A DNA stretch of 64,000 bases, taken from NCBI GenBank assembly GCA_017429325.1, contig JAFRPC010000028.1, forward strand, positions 2,376 through 66,375. Reading direction: 5' to 3'. This DNA comes from Oscillospiraceae bacterium. GTDB lineage: Bacteria > Bacillota > Clostridia > Oscillospirales > Oscillospiraceae. Below the pieces are notes generated by a model. That model was given only the letters and a program-made list of their open reading frames with translations. It did no database searches and had not been told where the DNA came from. Positions 55,020-63,354 of this stretch are shown one piece after another. The translations under genes were made by a program, and so were the position numbers. Each line of letters begins with the position of its first letter. Position 1 is the first letter of the stretch.

Positions 55020-55367
55020 TTATTGATAAAATGCAAAGCAGGATCGAAAAAGACTGTCCGCCTGGGCGTTCAGTTCCTCGCAGAAGCGGTCATAGGCCTC
55101 CAGGAACTGACGGGCCTCGGGGGTGAGGGTCGCGCCACCGCCGTTTTTGCCGCCGGTGGAGGAGTGCAGAAGCCGGAAGCCCAGAGCTTCCTCGGCGGTC
55201 CTGACGATGCGCCAGGCCTTGGAGTAGGCCATCTCCATCGCGCCCGCCGCCGCCCGCAGGGAGTGCTCCGTCTCTACCCGGTGCAGGAGCTCCGCCACGC
55301 CGGGGCCAAAGCATTTCTGATCTGTGAACAGGCGGATGGTCAGGCCGGGGTGCAGGTCGTTTTTCAT
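55020..55367 (-). CDS. ModE-N-like winged-helix (LysR-type HTH) regulator
   Basis: The sequence is GPGVAELLHRVETEHSLRAAAGAMEMAYSKAWRIV. The start at 55367 follows AAGGAG. Confidence 0.7.
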   Translation of the reverse strand: MKNDLHPGLTIRLFTDQKCFGPGVAELLHRVETEHSLRAAAGAMEMAYSKAWRIVRTAEEALGFRLLHSSTGGKNGGGATLTPEARQFLEAYDRFCEELNAQADSLFRSCFAFYQ

Positions 55368-55413
55368 AGGCATCTCCTTCCACAAGGTATACCGTGGCGC
55401 ACGCTGTGCGCCG

Positions 55414-56457
55414 CTACGTAAGAAAGATCCGCTTGCCGCCCCGGTAGGCTTCCGCGGTCCCGATCCGCTGGGCGGCGGGGACGGACCCCTCCAGCTCTGC
55501 CAGCAGGGTCTCCGCGTCTGCGGGGTCCACGGCCATCAGCAGGCCGCCGGAGGTCTGGGGGTCGTAGAGCAGGTCCTGGACCTCCAGGGGGACTGCCCCG
55601 GGCTCCACGTGGGGCTCGGCAAAGCTGCGGTTCCGGTACATGCCCTCGGGCAGCAGCCCCATCCGGGCGAATTCCAGGGCCTCGGGGATCAGCTGGAGCC
55701 CCGCCGTGTCGATGTGGAGCTCCACGCCGCTGCCCTGGGCCAGTTCCGTACCGTGGCCCAGCAGGCCGAAGCCCGTCACGTCGGTGCAGGCGTGGACCCG
55801 GTACTTCACCATTGCGTCCCGGGCGGCCTTGTTCAGGGTTGTCATGAGCCGGTTGGCATAGGCCAGAGTCTCCGACTCCAGGAGCCCCGCCTTGTTGGCC
55901 GTAGTCAGGACCCCGATGCCCAGGGGCTTGGTCAGCAGCAGCACGTCGCCGGGCCGGGCCCCACTGTTGGTCAGCACCTTTTGGGGGTGGACGAAGCCCG
56001 TTACCGCCAGCCCGTACTTGGGCTCCGGGTCCAAGATGCTGTGGCCGCCGGTGATCAGGACCCCGGCCTCATAGCACTTCTCGTAGCCGCCCCGCAAGAG
56101 CTCGTGGACCGCCTCGGGAGGCAGGTCCCTGGGTACCGCCATGACGTTCAGCGCAAGCTTCGGCTCGCCGCCCATCGCATAGACGTCCGAAAGGGCGTTG
56201 GTCGCCGCAATGGCCCCAAAGGTATAGGGGTCGTCGGCGATGGGGGGAAAAAAGTCCACCGTCTGCACCAGGGCCAGGTCCTCGGAGACCCGGTAGACGC
56301 TGGCGTCGTCGCTCTTGTCGAAGCCCACCAGCAGATTCGGGTCCCGGAGGACCCGCAGATCTCCCAGGAGCTGGGCCAGCACCCCGGCGCCCACCTTGGC
56401 GCCGCACCCGGCGCAGGAGGCCAGCTTGGTCAATTTGATATTGCTTTCATTTTCCAT
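55414..56457 (-). CDS. selD: Selenide, water dikinase (selenophosphate synthetase), Cys-type
   Basis: The N-terminal LASCAGCGAKVG glycine-rich loop carries Cys rather than Sec. DDASVY and DFFPP blocks are present. Confidence 0.9.
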   Translation of the reverse strand: MENESNIKLTKLASCAGCGAKVGAGVLAQLLGDLRVLRDPNLLVGFDKSDDASVYRVSEDLALVQTVDFFPPIADDPYTFGAIAATNALSDVYAMGGEPKLALNVMAVPRDLPPEAVHELLRGGYEKCYEAGVLITGGHSILDPEPKYGLAVTGFVHPQKVLTNSGARPGDVLLLTKPLGIGVLTTANKAGLLESETLAYANRLMTTLNKAARDAMVKYRVHACTDVTGFGLLGHGTELAQGSGVELHIDTAGLQLIPEALEFARMGLLPEGMYRNRSFAEPHVEPGAVPLEVQDLLYDPQTSGGLLMAVDPADAETLLAELEGSVPAAQRIGTAEAYRGGKRIFLT

Positions 56458-56461
56458 TGTG

Positions 56462-57265
56462 TCATGTCCTTTGAAAATGTAAGATCGCTTCCAGTACGCC
56501 GCCGCCGATGGCAAGGGCCTTGTCGGAGGCGGTTTCGCAGTAGTCCGGCTCGTTCCGGGGGTCCACGTCTCCGGCCTTCATGCCCTTGCGGACGGGAACG
56601 CCCGAGGCCAGCAGGCCCCGCAGCACCCCGTCCAGGGTGCAGACCATGGGCGCGTCGCCCACCCAGCCTGCTACGTCTCCGGCCTTGACCCGGTCGCCGA
56701 TGCGCAGGGCCTCCCGGAACACCCCGTCGGCGGGGGCCCGCAGCACCCGCTCCCCGGCGAAGCCGCCGATCAGCCCCGGTACATTGGTGTTGGGCAGAGG
56801 GGAGCCCTCGTAGAGGACCCGGCCCAGGCTGTGGCCCCGCATGGTCTCCACCGCCGCGTGGCAGTCCACGCCCGCGGTGAAGCCGGGCCCGACGCCGATG
56901 ACGATGGGCGCGTCGGCGATGGCCGTGCCGAGGTTCCGCTTCGCTAAAATCGCGTCCACCAGGACCTCGGGCCGCAGGGCCTCCCGGCAGCGGCAGTCCG
57001 GGTCCGCCAGCACGGGGAGGAAACCTCGACCCAACAGGTCCAGGGCCTCCTTCGGCCCAGCGGCCAGCCGCGCCTCCACGTCCTCCACCCGTGTCTCCCC
57101 GTCTGCGACGGCCTGAGAAAAGGCCACGGTGCGCCGGATGGTGGTGGGCTGGGGCAGCTCTGTCATGACCACCGGAAATCCGGCCCGCCAGAGCCGCAGG
57201 GCAACGCCGGAGGCCAGGTCTCCGGCGCCTTTTATCAAAACAAGCGGTCGTTTTTTCATAGTCAT
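56462..57265 (-). CDS. yqeB: Selenium-dependent molybdenum hydroxylase system protein, YqeB family
   Basis: The N-terminal LIKGAGDLASGVALRL Rossmann-like motif is present. It holds the conserved position between yqeC and selD. Confidence 0.75.
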   Translation of the reverse strand: MTMKKRPLVLIKGAGDLASGVALRLWRAGFPVVMTELPQPTTIRRTVAFSQAVADGETRVEDVEARLAAGPKEALDLLGRGFLPVLADPDCRCREALRPEVLVDAILAKRNLGTAIADAPIVIGVGPGFTAGVDCHAAVETMRGHSLGRVLYEGSPLPNTNVPGLIGGFAGERVLRAPADGVFREALRIGDRVKAGDVAGWVGDAPMVCTLDGVLRGLLASGVPVRKGMKAGDVDPRNEPDYCETASDKALAIGGGVLEAILHFQRT

Positions 57266-57283
57266 TGCATTCCGTTTCTGGTA

Positions 57284-57964
57284 TTATCGCCCATTGCTGA
57301 GCTTCTGAAAGCAGCCCGTGTGCAGGCTGCCCGCGGCGAGGGGCAGGGAAACAAGCGCGGCCAGCGCCGCGGCGTTCCGCCAGTCGCCTTCCGCCTCGCA
57401 CTTGTTTACATAAATTATATTCCCGTAACCCTCCGCGGCAATGACCCTGGCCCAGAGCGCGGGGGTCAGCAAGGCGTTGGGCTCCGTCCCCGCCAGGGCG
57501 GCGAAGCGCTTCGGCCGGTGGCAGACCTCGGAGATGGGGCGGTCAAAGGCGTCGGCCCCCAGCACCAGGATGACCCGCTCCGCCTGGGACGGGATCACCG
57601 GCTCGTGGGCCGCGTGGGCCTTGGCGGGCAGGCCTCTGGCCCCGTCGGCCTCCGCCAGCACGTAGTCCGCGGCCCCCAGCAGGACCTCGAAGGGCAGGCT
57701 CGGGGCGGCCAGCTTGCCGCCGGGCCAGGGGCTGCCCAGGCAGAGGGGGGAGGCGGCCCCCAGGGCGGCGGCCAGGGCCTCGGGCGAAGCCGGGTCTGCG
57801 ACGGGCAGCTGCTCCGGGGCAAGAATTTTCGTGGTGGTGGTGACGATGACGCGGCCACCGTCCTTCAATTCCTCCACCAGGGTGTAGAGCAGACCGGTCT
57901 TCCCGCCGCCGCCGATGAGGGCGGTCAGCCCCGGACGGACGCCCAGCAGGGCGGCGAGGCTCAC
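57284..57964 (-). CDS. yqeC: Putative selenium-dependent hydroxylase accessory protein YqeC
   Basis: The P-loop-like ALIGGGGKTG motif is present. The GTG start overlaps the upstream gene's stop (GTGA at 57961-57964). Confidence 0.7.
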   Translation of the reverse strand: MSLAALLGVRPGLTALIGGGGKTGLLYTLVEELKDGGRVIVTTTTKILAPEQLPVADPASPEALAAALGAASPLCLGSPWPGGKLAAPSLPFEVLLGAADYVLAEADGARGLPAKAHAAHEPVIPSQAERVILVLGADAFDRPISEVCHRPKRFAALAGTEPNALLTPALWARVIAAEGYGNIIYVNKCEAEGDWRNAAALAALVSLPLAAGSLHTGCFQKLSNGR

Positions 57965-58875
57965 AGCCTCTCCTCCGCCGCGGCCCGCAGGTTCTCCAGG
58001 ATCACCTGGGAGAGCCTTGCGCCGTTGCCGGGGCCCACAAAGCTGTTGTGAGGCGTCAGAATGACGTTTTCCATGGACCAGAGGGGACTGTCCGCGGGCA
58101 GGGGTTCTGTCTCGAACACGTCCAGCACGGCCCCCGCCAGCCTGCCCGCCTCCAGCGCCCGGAGCAGGGCCGCCTCTGCGACGACGGGCCCTCGGGCGAT
58201 GTTCACCAGGACGGCTCCGGCGGGCAGGCGGGCCAGCCGGGCCGCGTCCACCAGGCCCCGGGTCTCCGGCGTCAGGGGCAGGGTCAGCAGCAGGATGTCC
58301 GTCTCGGGCAGCAGGGCGTCCAGCTCCGCCAGGGGCCGGACTTCCGAGAAGGCCGGGTCCTGCCGGGGGAAAAGGTCCACCCCGAACACCCGACAGCCAA
58401 AGGCGGCGAAGCGCCGGGCACACTCCGTCCCCACGCTGCCGCAGCCCAGGATGGTGACGGTCCTGCCTCCCAGCTCCAGCAGGCCCCGGTGCTTTACCCA
58501 GCGCCGTTCCCGCTGCCGGTCCGTGAAGAACCGGAGCTGCTTGTACAGGGCCAGCACCCCCGCCAGGGCAAACTCCGCCATGGGGGCGCTGTAGACGCCC
58601 CGGGCGTTGTGTACCCGCACGCCTCGCCGCCGCAGCTCCGGCAGGTCCACCCGGTCAAAGCCCGCGCTGGTGAGCTGGACGTACCGCAGGGCGGTAAAAT
58701 CCCCCAGGGGATGGTGCAGAAACAGACCGTTGCAAATCACGCCCTCAGGCCAGTCCGGCGGGCAGGGCAGAGGGTCCGCCTCCTGGGGCAGCAGGACGCA
58801 CCGGTGGCCCAAAGCCTCCAATTCTGCAAGATGGGCCTGGGCATCCGCCCAGGCCCCGGTTATCAACAGTTTCAT
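57961..58875 (-). CDS. D-isomer-specific 2-hydroxyacid dehydrogenase family protein
   Basis: The NAD motif is ILGCGSVGTECARR. The catalytic region is NIARG...TPH. Confidence 0.85.
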   Translation of the reverse strand: MKLLITGAWADAQAHLAELEALGHRCVLLPQEADPLPCPPDWPEGVICNGLFLHHPLGDFTALRYVQLTSAGFDRVDLPELRRRGVRVHNARGVYSAPMAEFALAGVLALYKQLRFFTDRQRERRWVKHRGLLELGGRTVTILGCGSVGTECARRFAAFGCRVFGVDLFPRQDPAFSEVRPLAELDALLPETDILLLTLPLTPETRGLVDAARLARLPAGAVLVNIARGPVVAEAALLRALEAGRLAGAVLDVFETEPLPADSPLWSMENVILTPHNSFVGPGNGARLSQVILENLRAAAEERL

Positions 58876-58902
58876 CGGGGTTCCTCCCGTTTCTGTCAAG
58901 TA

Positions 58903-59739
58903 TTATTCCTCCACCTGACGGCAGATGGCCGCCACGCGGGCTTGGACCTCCGCCTGGTTGTCCCAGAAGAACCGGGCGTGCTTCTCACACTTGGCTTCCA
59001 GCTCCCGGATCTCCCGCACGCCCCGGAGGAAGGTGGCGTTGATAATGCCGATGTGCTTGATCTTGGTCACATCGCAGAAGCTCCGGGAGAGGATGACACA
59101 GCGGGAACCCAGCCGGTAGTGCTCCTTGATGACGTATTCAGAGGGCAGCATTCCGTTGCCCAGGGAGGCGATGCCGCCGAAGCCGTAGAAGATGCCCTTC
59201 TGCCGCAGCTTGAAGCAGAGCTGCTCCACGGTGCCGTCGGCCAGCAGCTCAAACATGAATTTTTTGCCGTAGCCCAGACTCAGGTCGTTGAGGCCGATAT
59301 AGACCTCGTCGATGCCGGGCAGCTGGATGATCTCGTCGATGTGCTCCACGGCCTCCGGGGTCTCCACCAGCAGCATGGTTTTGCTGCGCCCGCCCACCAG
59401 CCGCAGGAAGGTCTCAACCTCCCCAACGGTTTTGAAATAGGGCAGCATGATGATGTCGGCCCCGGCTGCCACGGTGGCGTCGATCTCCTCCTTGGAGGAC
59501 ATATAATTCGGCAGGGCGTCATGGATGGGGTTGACGCGCACCAGGACCTCTGCGGACACGACGGCGGCCTTGATGGCGGCCACATCCCCTAAGGTGTGGT
59601 GGGATTTCACCGTGTCCAGTCCCTTTTGTCGCTCGTCCTTGCCGAGAAATTCCATATCCACGAAAATGCGGTCCGCACCGGCGGTCTCAGCGATCTGCGC
59701 GATCTCAGGCCGGTTCGTGATATACATCAGCTTCAACAT
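58903..59739 (-). CDS. HpcH/HpaI aldolase / citrate-lyase-beta-like family protein
   Basis: The TIM-barrel pattern is FVDMEF...VRVNP...IMLPY...VETPEAV...IGLNDL. Confidence 0.7.
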   Translation of the reverse strand: MLKLMYITNRPEIAQIAETAGADRIFVDMEFLGKDERQKGLDTVKSHHTLGDVAAIKAAVVSAEVLVRVNPIHDALPNYMSSKEEIDATVAAGADIIMLPYFKTVGEVETFLRLVGGRSKTMLLVETPEAVEHIDEIIQLPGIDEVYIGLNDLSLGYGKKFMFELLADGTVEQLCFKLRQKGIFYGFGGIASLGNGMLPSEYVIKEHYRLGSRCVILSRSFCDVTKIKHIGIINATFLRGVREIRELEAKCEKHARFFWDNQAEVQARVAAICRQVEE

Positions 59740-59763
59740 GAAAGTCGCCTCCTTTGCGGATGA

Positions 59764-60462
59764 TCAGCGATTCTCGGATTGCTCCTGCTTCAGCGTTTCG
59801 CCCTTGTTGGCGTTGTCGGCGTTGGTGAAAACCTTGAAAAACGTCAGGAAGAAAATTTTAAGGTCCAGCGGGAAGGAGACGTGCTCCACGTACCAGACGT
59901 TGAGCTCGATGCGGCGGTGCCACTCCACGTCCTTTCGCCCGTGGGTCTGGGCCCAGCCGGTGATGCCGGGCCGCACGTCAAACATGTGCCGCTGGAATTC
60001 GGAGTATTCCTCGATGGGCCAGGGGTGGTAGGTCAGAGGCGGCCTGGGACCGATGAGGGCCATGTCGCCCTTGAGGATGTTGACGAGCTGGGGCAGCTCG
60101 TCGATGGAGGTGGCCCGGAGGATGCGGCCCACCCTTGTGACTCGGGGGTCTCCCTTGCCGCTGTAGACGCCGGAGCCGGTCTTCTCGGCGTTGACCACCA
60201 TGGAGCGGAATTTGTAGAAGTCGAACTCCTTCCCGTTCCGGCCTAAGCGCTTCTGCCGGAAAATCACAGGCCCTTTGGAGCTGAGTTTCACAGCCAGGGC
60301 CGCGCCCAGCAGCAGGGGGGATAAGAGGAGAAGGCCCAAAAGCGCCATTGTCAGGTCCAGCACCCGCTTGACGATTCGGTTGTAGATGCCTCCCGCTGCC
60401 TTGCAGGAGACCGCAGAACTCTCTTCCGTGGGAACCGCCTCCTTAAAAGATAAAGAAATCAT
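59764..60462 (-). CDS. Polyprenyl-phosphate sugar phosphotransferase (bacterial sugar transferase family, WbaP/EpsL-like)
   Basis: An N-terminal TM helix is followed by KFRSM...DPRVTRVGRILRATSIDELPQL...GDMALIGPRP. Confidence 0.9.
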   Translation of the reverse strand: MISLSFKEAVPTEESSAVSCKAAGGIYNRIVKRVLDLTMALLGLLLLSPLLLGAALAVKLSSKGPVIFRQKRLGRNGKEFDFYKFRSMVVNAEKTGSGVYSGKGDPRVTRVGRILRATSIDELPQLVNILKGDMALIGPRPPLTYHPWPIEEYSEFQRHMFDVRPGITGWAQTHGRKDVEWHRRIELNVWYVEHVSFPLDLKIFFLTFFKVFTNADNANKGETLKQEQSENR

Positions 60463-60559
60463 AAGATTTATCTTAACCCATTTTAATTATATAATAAGGC
60501 TGCCGGAATTGCAATAGGGATTTGTAATTTAAGAATCGGCCCAAAGAAAGAGGACCTTG

Positions 60560-61144
60560 TCAGACAAGGCCCTCCAGGAAGATCTTAAAGCCAATGGCGA
60601 TCAGGATGATGCCGCCCAGAATGGAGGCGTGGCGGGAGAGCTTGGTCCCGGCCTTTTTGCCTAAGGCCAGCCCAGCCAGACAGATGACCAGGGTCACGCC
60701 GCCGATGATCAGCGAAGCCCAATTTGCCATTGTGAAGTCGTACTGCTCAATGGTGAAGCCCACGGAGAGAGCGTCGATGGAGGTGGCGATGCCCTGGCCC
60801 AGCAGGGTCTTCCAAGTCAGCGGCTTCCGCTCCGTCGGCGTCTCCTGCTTCCGCTCCCGCAAGCCCTCCAGCAGCATTTTCCCGCCGATCCAGCCTAAGA
60901 GCAGGAAGGCGATCCAGGGGATGAGCTTTTCCAGGGAAGAAAACAGTTCCACAGCGGTGTGGACGAAGAACCAGCCCAGCAGGGGCATCAGGTATTGGAA
61001 GAGGGCATACACCCCGGCGATGACCAGCATTCTGCGGCTCCGCATCCGGGGCTCCCGTAGGCCGTTGGCCAGGGAGACCGAGAAAGCGTCCATTGCCAGC
61101 CCGACCCCCAGCAGCGCACTTTCCAGAAAAAAGGAAGCGGTCAC
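60560..61144 (-). CDS. mntP: Manganese efflux pump MntP
   Basis: Duplicated DAFSVS and DALSVG motifs sit in a 6-TM protein. The start codon is GTG. Confidence 0.85.
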   Translation of the reverse strand: MTASFFLESALLGVGLAMDAFSVSLANGLREPRMRSRRMLVIAGVYALFQYLMPLLGWFFVHTAVELFSSLEKLIPWIAFLLLGWIGGKMLLEGLRERKQETPTERKPLTWKTLLGQGIATSIDALSVGFTIEQYDFTMANWASLIIGGVTLVICLAGLALGKKAGTKLSRHASILGGIILIAIGFKIFLEGLV

Positions 61145-61299
61145 GTGAAACCATGCCTTTCTATTTGCAGTTCGAGGATGCTGAATTCAATTGCTGACAG
61201 CTCCGTGGGTTTTCCATTTTGGAGCCGCTGTCTGCAATCGAAATGCCGCACAGGCGGCGAAGCGCCGTTCTGCTTGGCCGGACCGGGCGAGCTGCCCGG

Positions 61300-62178
61300 T
61301 CATCGCCTCCACTCCGGGTGCTCGAAGCTTTCGCCGATCTCTTTGCAGACGATGCGGGTCCTGCCGGGGTCAATGCAGTCCTTCTCCATAATCAGCTCCC
61401 CGATGGCGGGGGCGGTGATGGTCCCGGCGCTGGGGTTCAGCACGCTGTCGATTTTCGAGCTGATGTCGGCTTCCACGGTGGAATACTCAAAGGCAAGGGT
61501 GGTGTGGATCAGCTTGCAGTTCACCATCTTCAGATTCTCGATGTAGCACATGCCCTGGAGGCTCTCGACGGTGCAGTTCACCAGGGTCAGGTTTTTGGCG
61601 TTCCAGCCCAGGTACTCGCCGGAGATAAAGGAGTCATAGACCGTGACGTTCTCGGTGTTCCAGAAGGCGTCCTTGGTCAGCAGACGGGAGTTGCGAATCA
61701 CCACGTTTTTCGCCCCGTCGAAGGAATAGTTGCCGTCCAGGGTCAGGCCGTCGATCTCCAGGTCCTCGCTGTTCATGCAGAAGTAGGGGGCTCCGGCGGC
61801 GCTGACGTTCTTCATCTTGACGTTTTTGCAGGACCAGACGGTCTCCTGGGCGTTGGTAAAGGCCACGTCCTCCAGGCTCAGGCCGTCACAGCGGCGGAAG
61901 TTCTTGGGGGCCTGGATGACGGCGTTTTTGATGCGGATGTTGTCGGTGTACCAGACTCCGGCCCGGGCCATTTCAAACCAGGTGCAGCCCTCCACGTCCA
62001 CGTTCTTGCAGTACCACAGGGGGTACTTCCAGCGGAAGAGGTCGCCCCGCAGCTCCAAATCGCGGCACTCCTTCAGGGGGGATTCCCCCGCGTCGAACAC
62101 GGAATCCACCACGCGCAGCTCCCGCTCTCCAAACAGAGCCCGTTCGCCGGAAAAATAGCCTTGTTTCAATTCTTTCAT
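61300..62178 (-). CDS. DUF3737-like right-handed beta-helix protein
   Basis: The N-terminal FSGERALFGER...GESPLKE is followed by repetitive (N/D)-x-V turns typical of beta-helix proteins. Confidence 0.6.
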   Translation of the reverse strand: MKELKQGYFSGERALFGERELRVVDSVFDAGESPLKECRDLELRGDLFRWKYPLWYCKNVDVEGCTWFEMARAGVWYTDNIRIKNAVIQAPKNFRRCDGLSLEDVAFTNAQETVWSCKNVKMKNVSAAGAPYFCMNSEDLEIDGLTLDGNYSFDGAKNVVIRNSRLLTKDAFWNTENVTVYDSFISGEYLGWNAKNLTLVNCTVESLQGMCYIENLKMVNCKLIHTTLAFEYSTVEADISSKIDSVLNPSAGTITAPAIGELIMEKDCIDPGRTRIVCKEIGESFEHPEWRR

Positions 62179-62217
62179 GTTTTCGTCTCCTTGTCGGCAG
62201 ATAGAATGGGGATCGTT

Positions 62218-63354
62218 TTATTCTTCGTCGCGCTTCTTCTCGAAGCGGGCGGCGATCTGCTCCAGATAGTCCCGGATGGGCAGGCTCTGGGGGCAGCTCA
62301 TTTCACAGGCGCCGCAGCCGATGCAGTCCGAGGCCTTGCCGTGGTCCACGGTGAGGACCTTGCGGTAGTAGCGGTCCTGGTTCCAGTCGTGGCGCTCGCT
62401 GCGGAAGTCCAGAGCCTGGAACATATCGGGGATCAGGATGCCCATGGGGCAGCCGTCCACGCAGTAGCGGCAGCCGGTACAGCCGATGAGCTTCAGGCTC
62501 CGCAGATGGTCCCGGATCTTGTTTACCGCCGCGGCCTCCGCCTCGCTGAGGGGCAGGGCGTCGGCCATAAAGCCCACGTTCTCCCGCATCTGGTCCAGGC
62601 TGCTCATGCCGGACAGGACCATGAAGACCTGCTCCGGCGCGGCGGCGTAGCGCAGGGCCAGCTCCGCCGGGGACTTGCCCAGCTCGCGGCAGAAGGCCAT
62701 AGCCTCCTCGGGCAGGTTCGTCAGGGTGCCGCCCTTGATGGGCTCCATGATGATGACGGGCTTGCCGTGCTTCGCGCAGACCTCGTAGACCCGGCGGGAG
62801 TCCACGGCAATGTCGCCGTCGTCCAGATAGTTGAACTGGATCTGCACGCATTCGATCTCAGGATAGGTCTCCAGGATGGTCTCCAAATTTTCCGCGGTGT
62901 CGTGGAAGGAGATGCCCACGTGGCGGATCTTGCCCTCGGCCTTCAGGGCGAAGGCGGTCTCATAGGCCCGGCAGGCCTTGAAGTGCTGGAAGTTTCGGAT
63001 GTTCTGGGCGTGCATCAGATAGAAGTCGAAGTACTCCACCCCGCAGGCCTCCAGCTGGGCGGCGAAGAGGGGGCGGATGTCCGCCTCGGACTGGAAATAC
63101 TCGTCGGTGAGCTTGTCCGTCAGCAGGTAGCGCTCCCGGGGATAGCGGGAGCTCAGGCAGGCCTTCAGCGTGGTCTCGCTGAGGCCGCTGTGATAGCCGT
63201 GGGCGGTGTCGAAGTAGTTGAAGCCCGCCTCCAAAAAGGCGTCCACCATCTGACAGACCTGGGCCTGGTCGATTTCCTCTCCGAGTTTGGGGAAGCGCAT
63301 ACAGCCGAAGCCGAATTTGCCGTGGATCTCGGGGAAAAAGCGGTTGGGGTTCAT
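62218..63354 (-). CDS. Aldo/keto reductase fused to a C-terminal 2x[4Fe-4S] ferredoxin-type domain
   Basis: The AKR region is FGCMRF...FDTAHGY...DFYLMH. CTGCRYCVDGCP and CIGCGACEMSCP are ferredoxin-type motifs. Its own AAAGGAGG RBS lies 8 nt before the ATG at 63354. Confidence 0.85.
   Translation of the reverse strand: MNPNRFFPEIHGKFGFGCMRFPKLGEEIDQAQVCQMVDAFLEAGFNYFDTAHGYHSGLSETTLKACLSSRYPRERYLLTDKLTDEYFQSEADIRPLFAAQLEACGVEYFDFYLMHAQNIRNFQHFKACRAYETAFALKAEGKIRHVGISFHDTAENLETILETYPEIECVQIQFNYLDDGDIAVDSRRVYEVCAKHGKPVIIMEPIKGGTLTNLPEEAMAFCRELGKSPAELALRYAAAPEQVFMVLSGMSSLDQMRENVGFMADALPLSEAEAAAVNKIRDHLRSLKLIGCTGCRYCVDGCPMGILIPDMFQALDFRSERHDWNQDRYYRKVLTVDHGKASDCIGCGACEMSCPQSLPIRDYLEQIAARFEKKRDEE

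Noticed and set aside
55414-56457. Selenocysteine (in-frame TGA) in selD
   Set aside because: The glycine-rich loop reads SCAGCGAK with a Cys codon. The ORF has no internal TGA, so no recoding is needed.
61145-61299. Expected a yybP-ykoY manganese riboswitch upstream of mntP
   Set aside because: Reading the minus-strand leader, I found hairpins but not the conserved GGGGAGUAG / AGGAGAG-type core segments I associate with this riboswitch. A covariance-model scan (Rfam RF00080) would be decisive.
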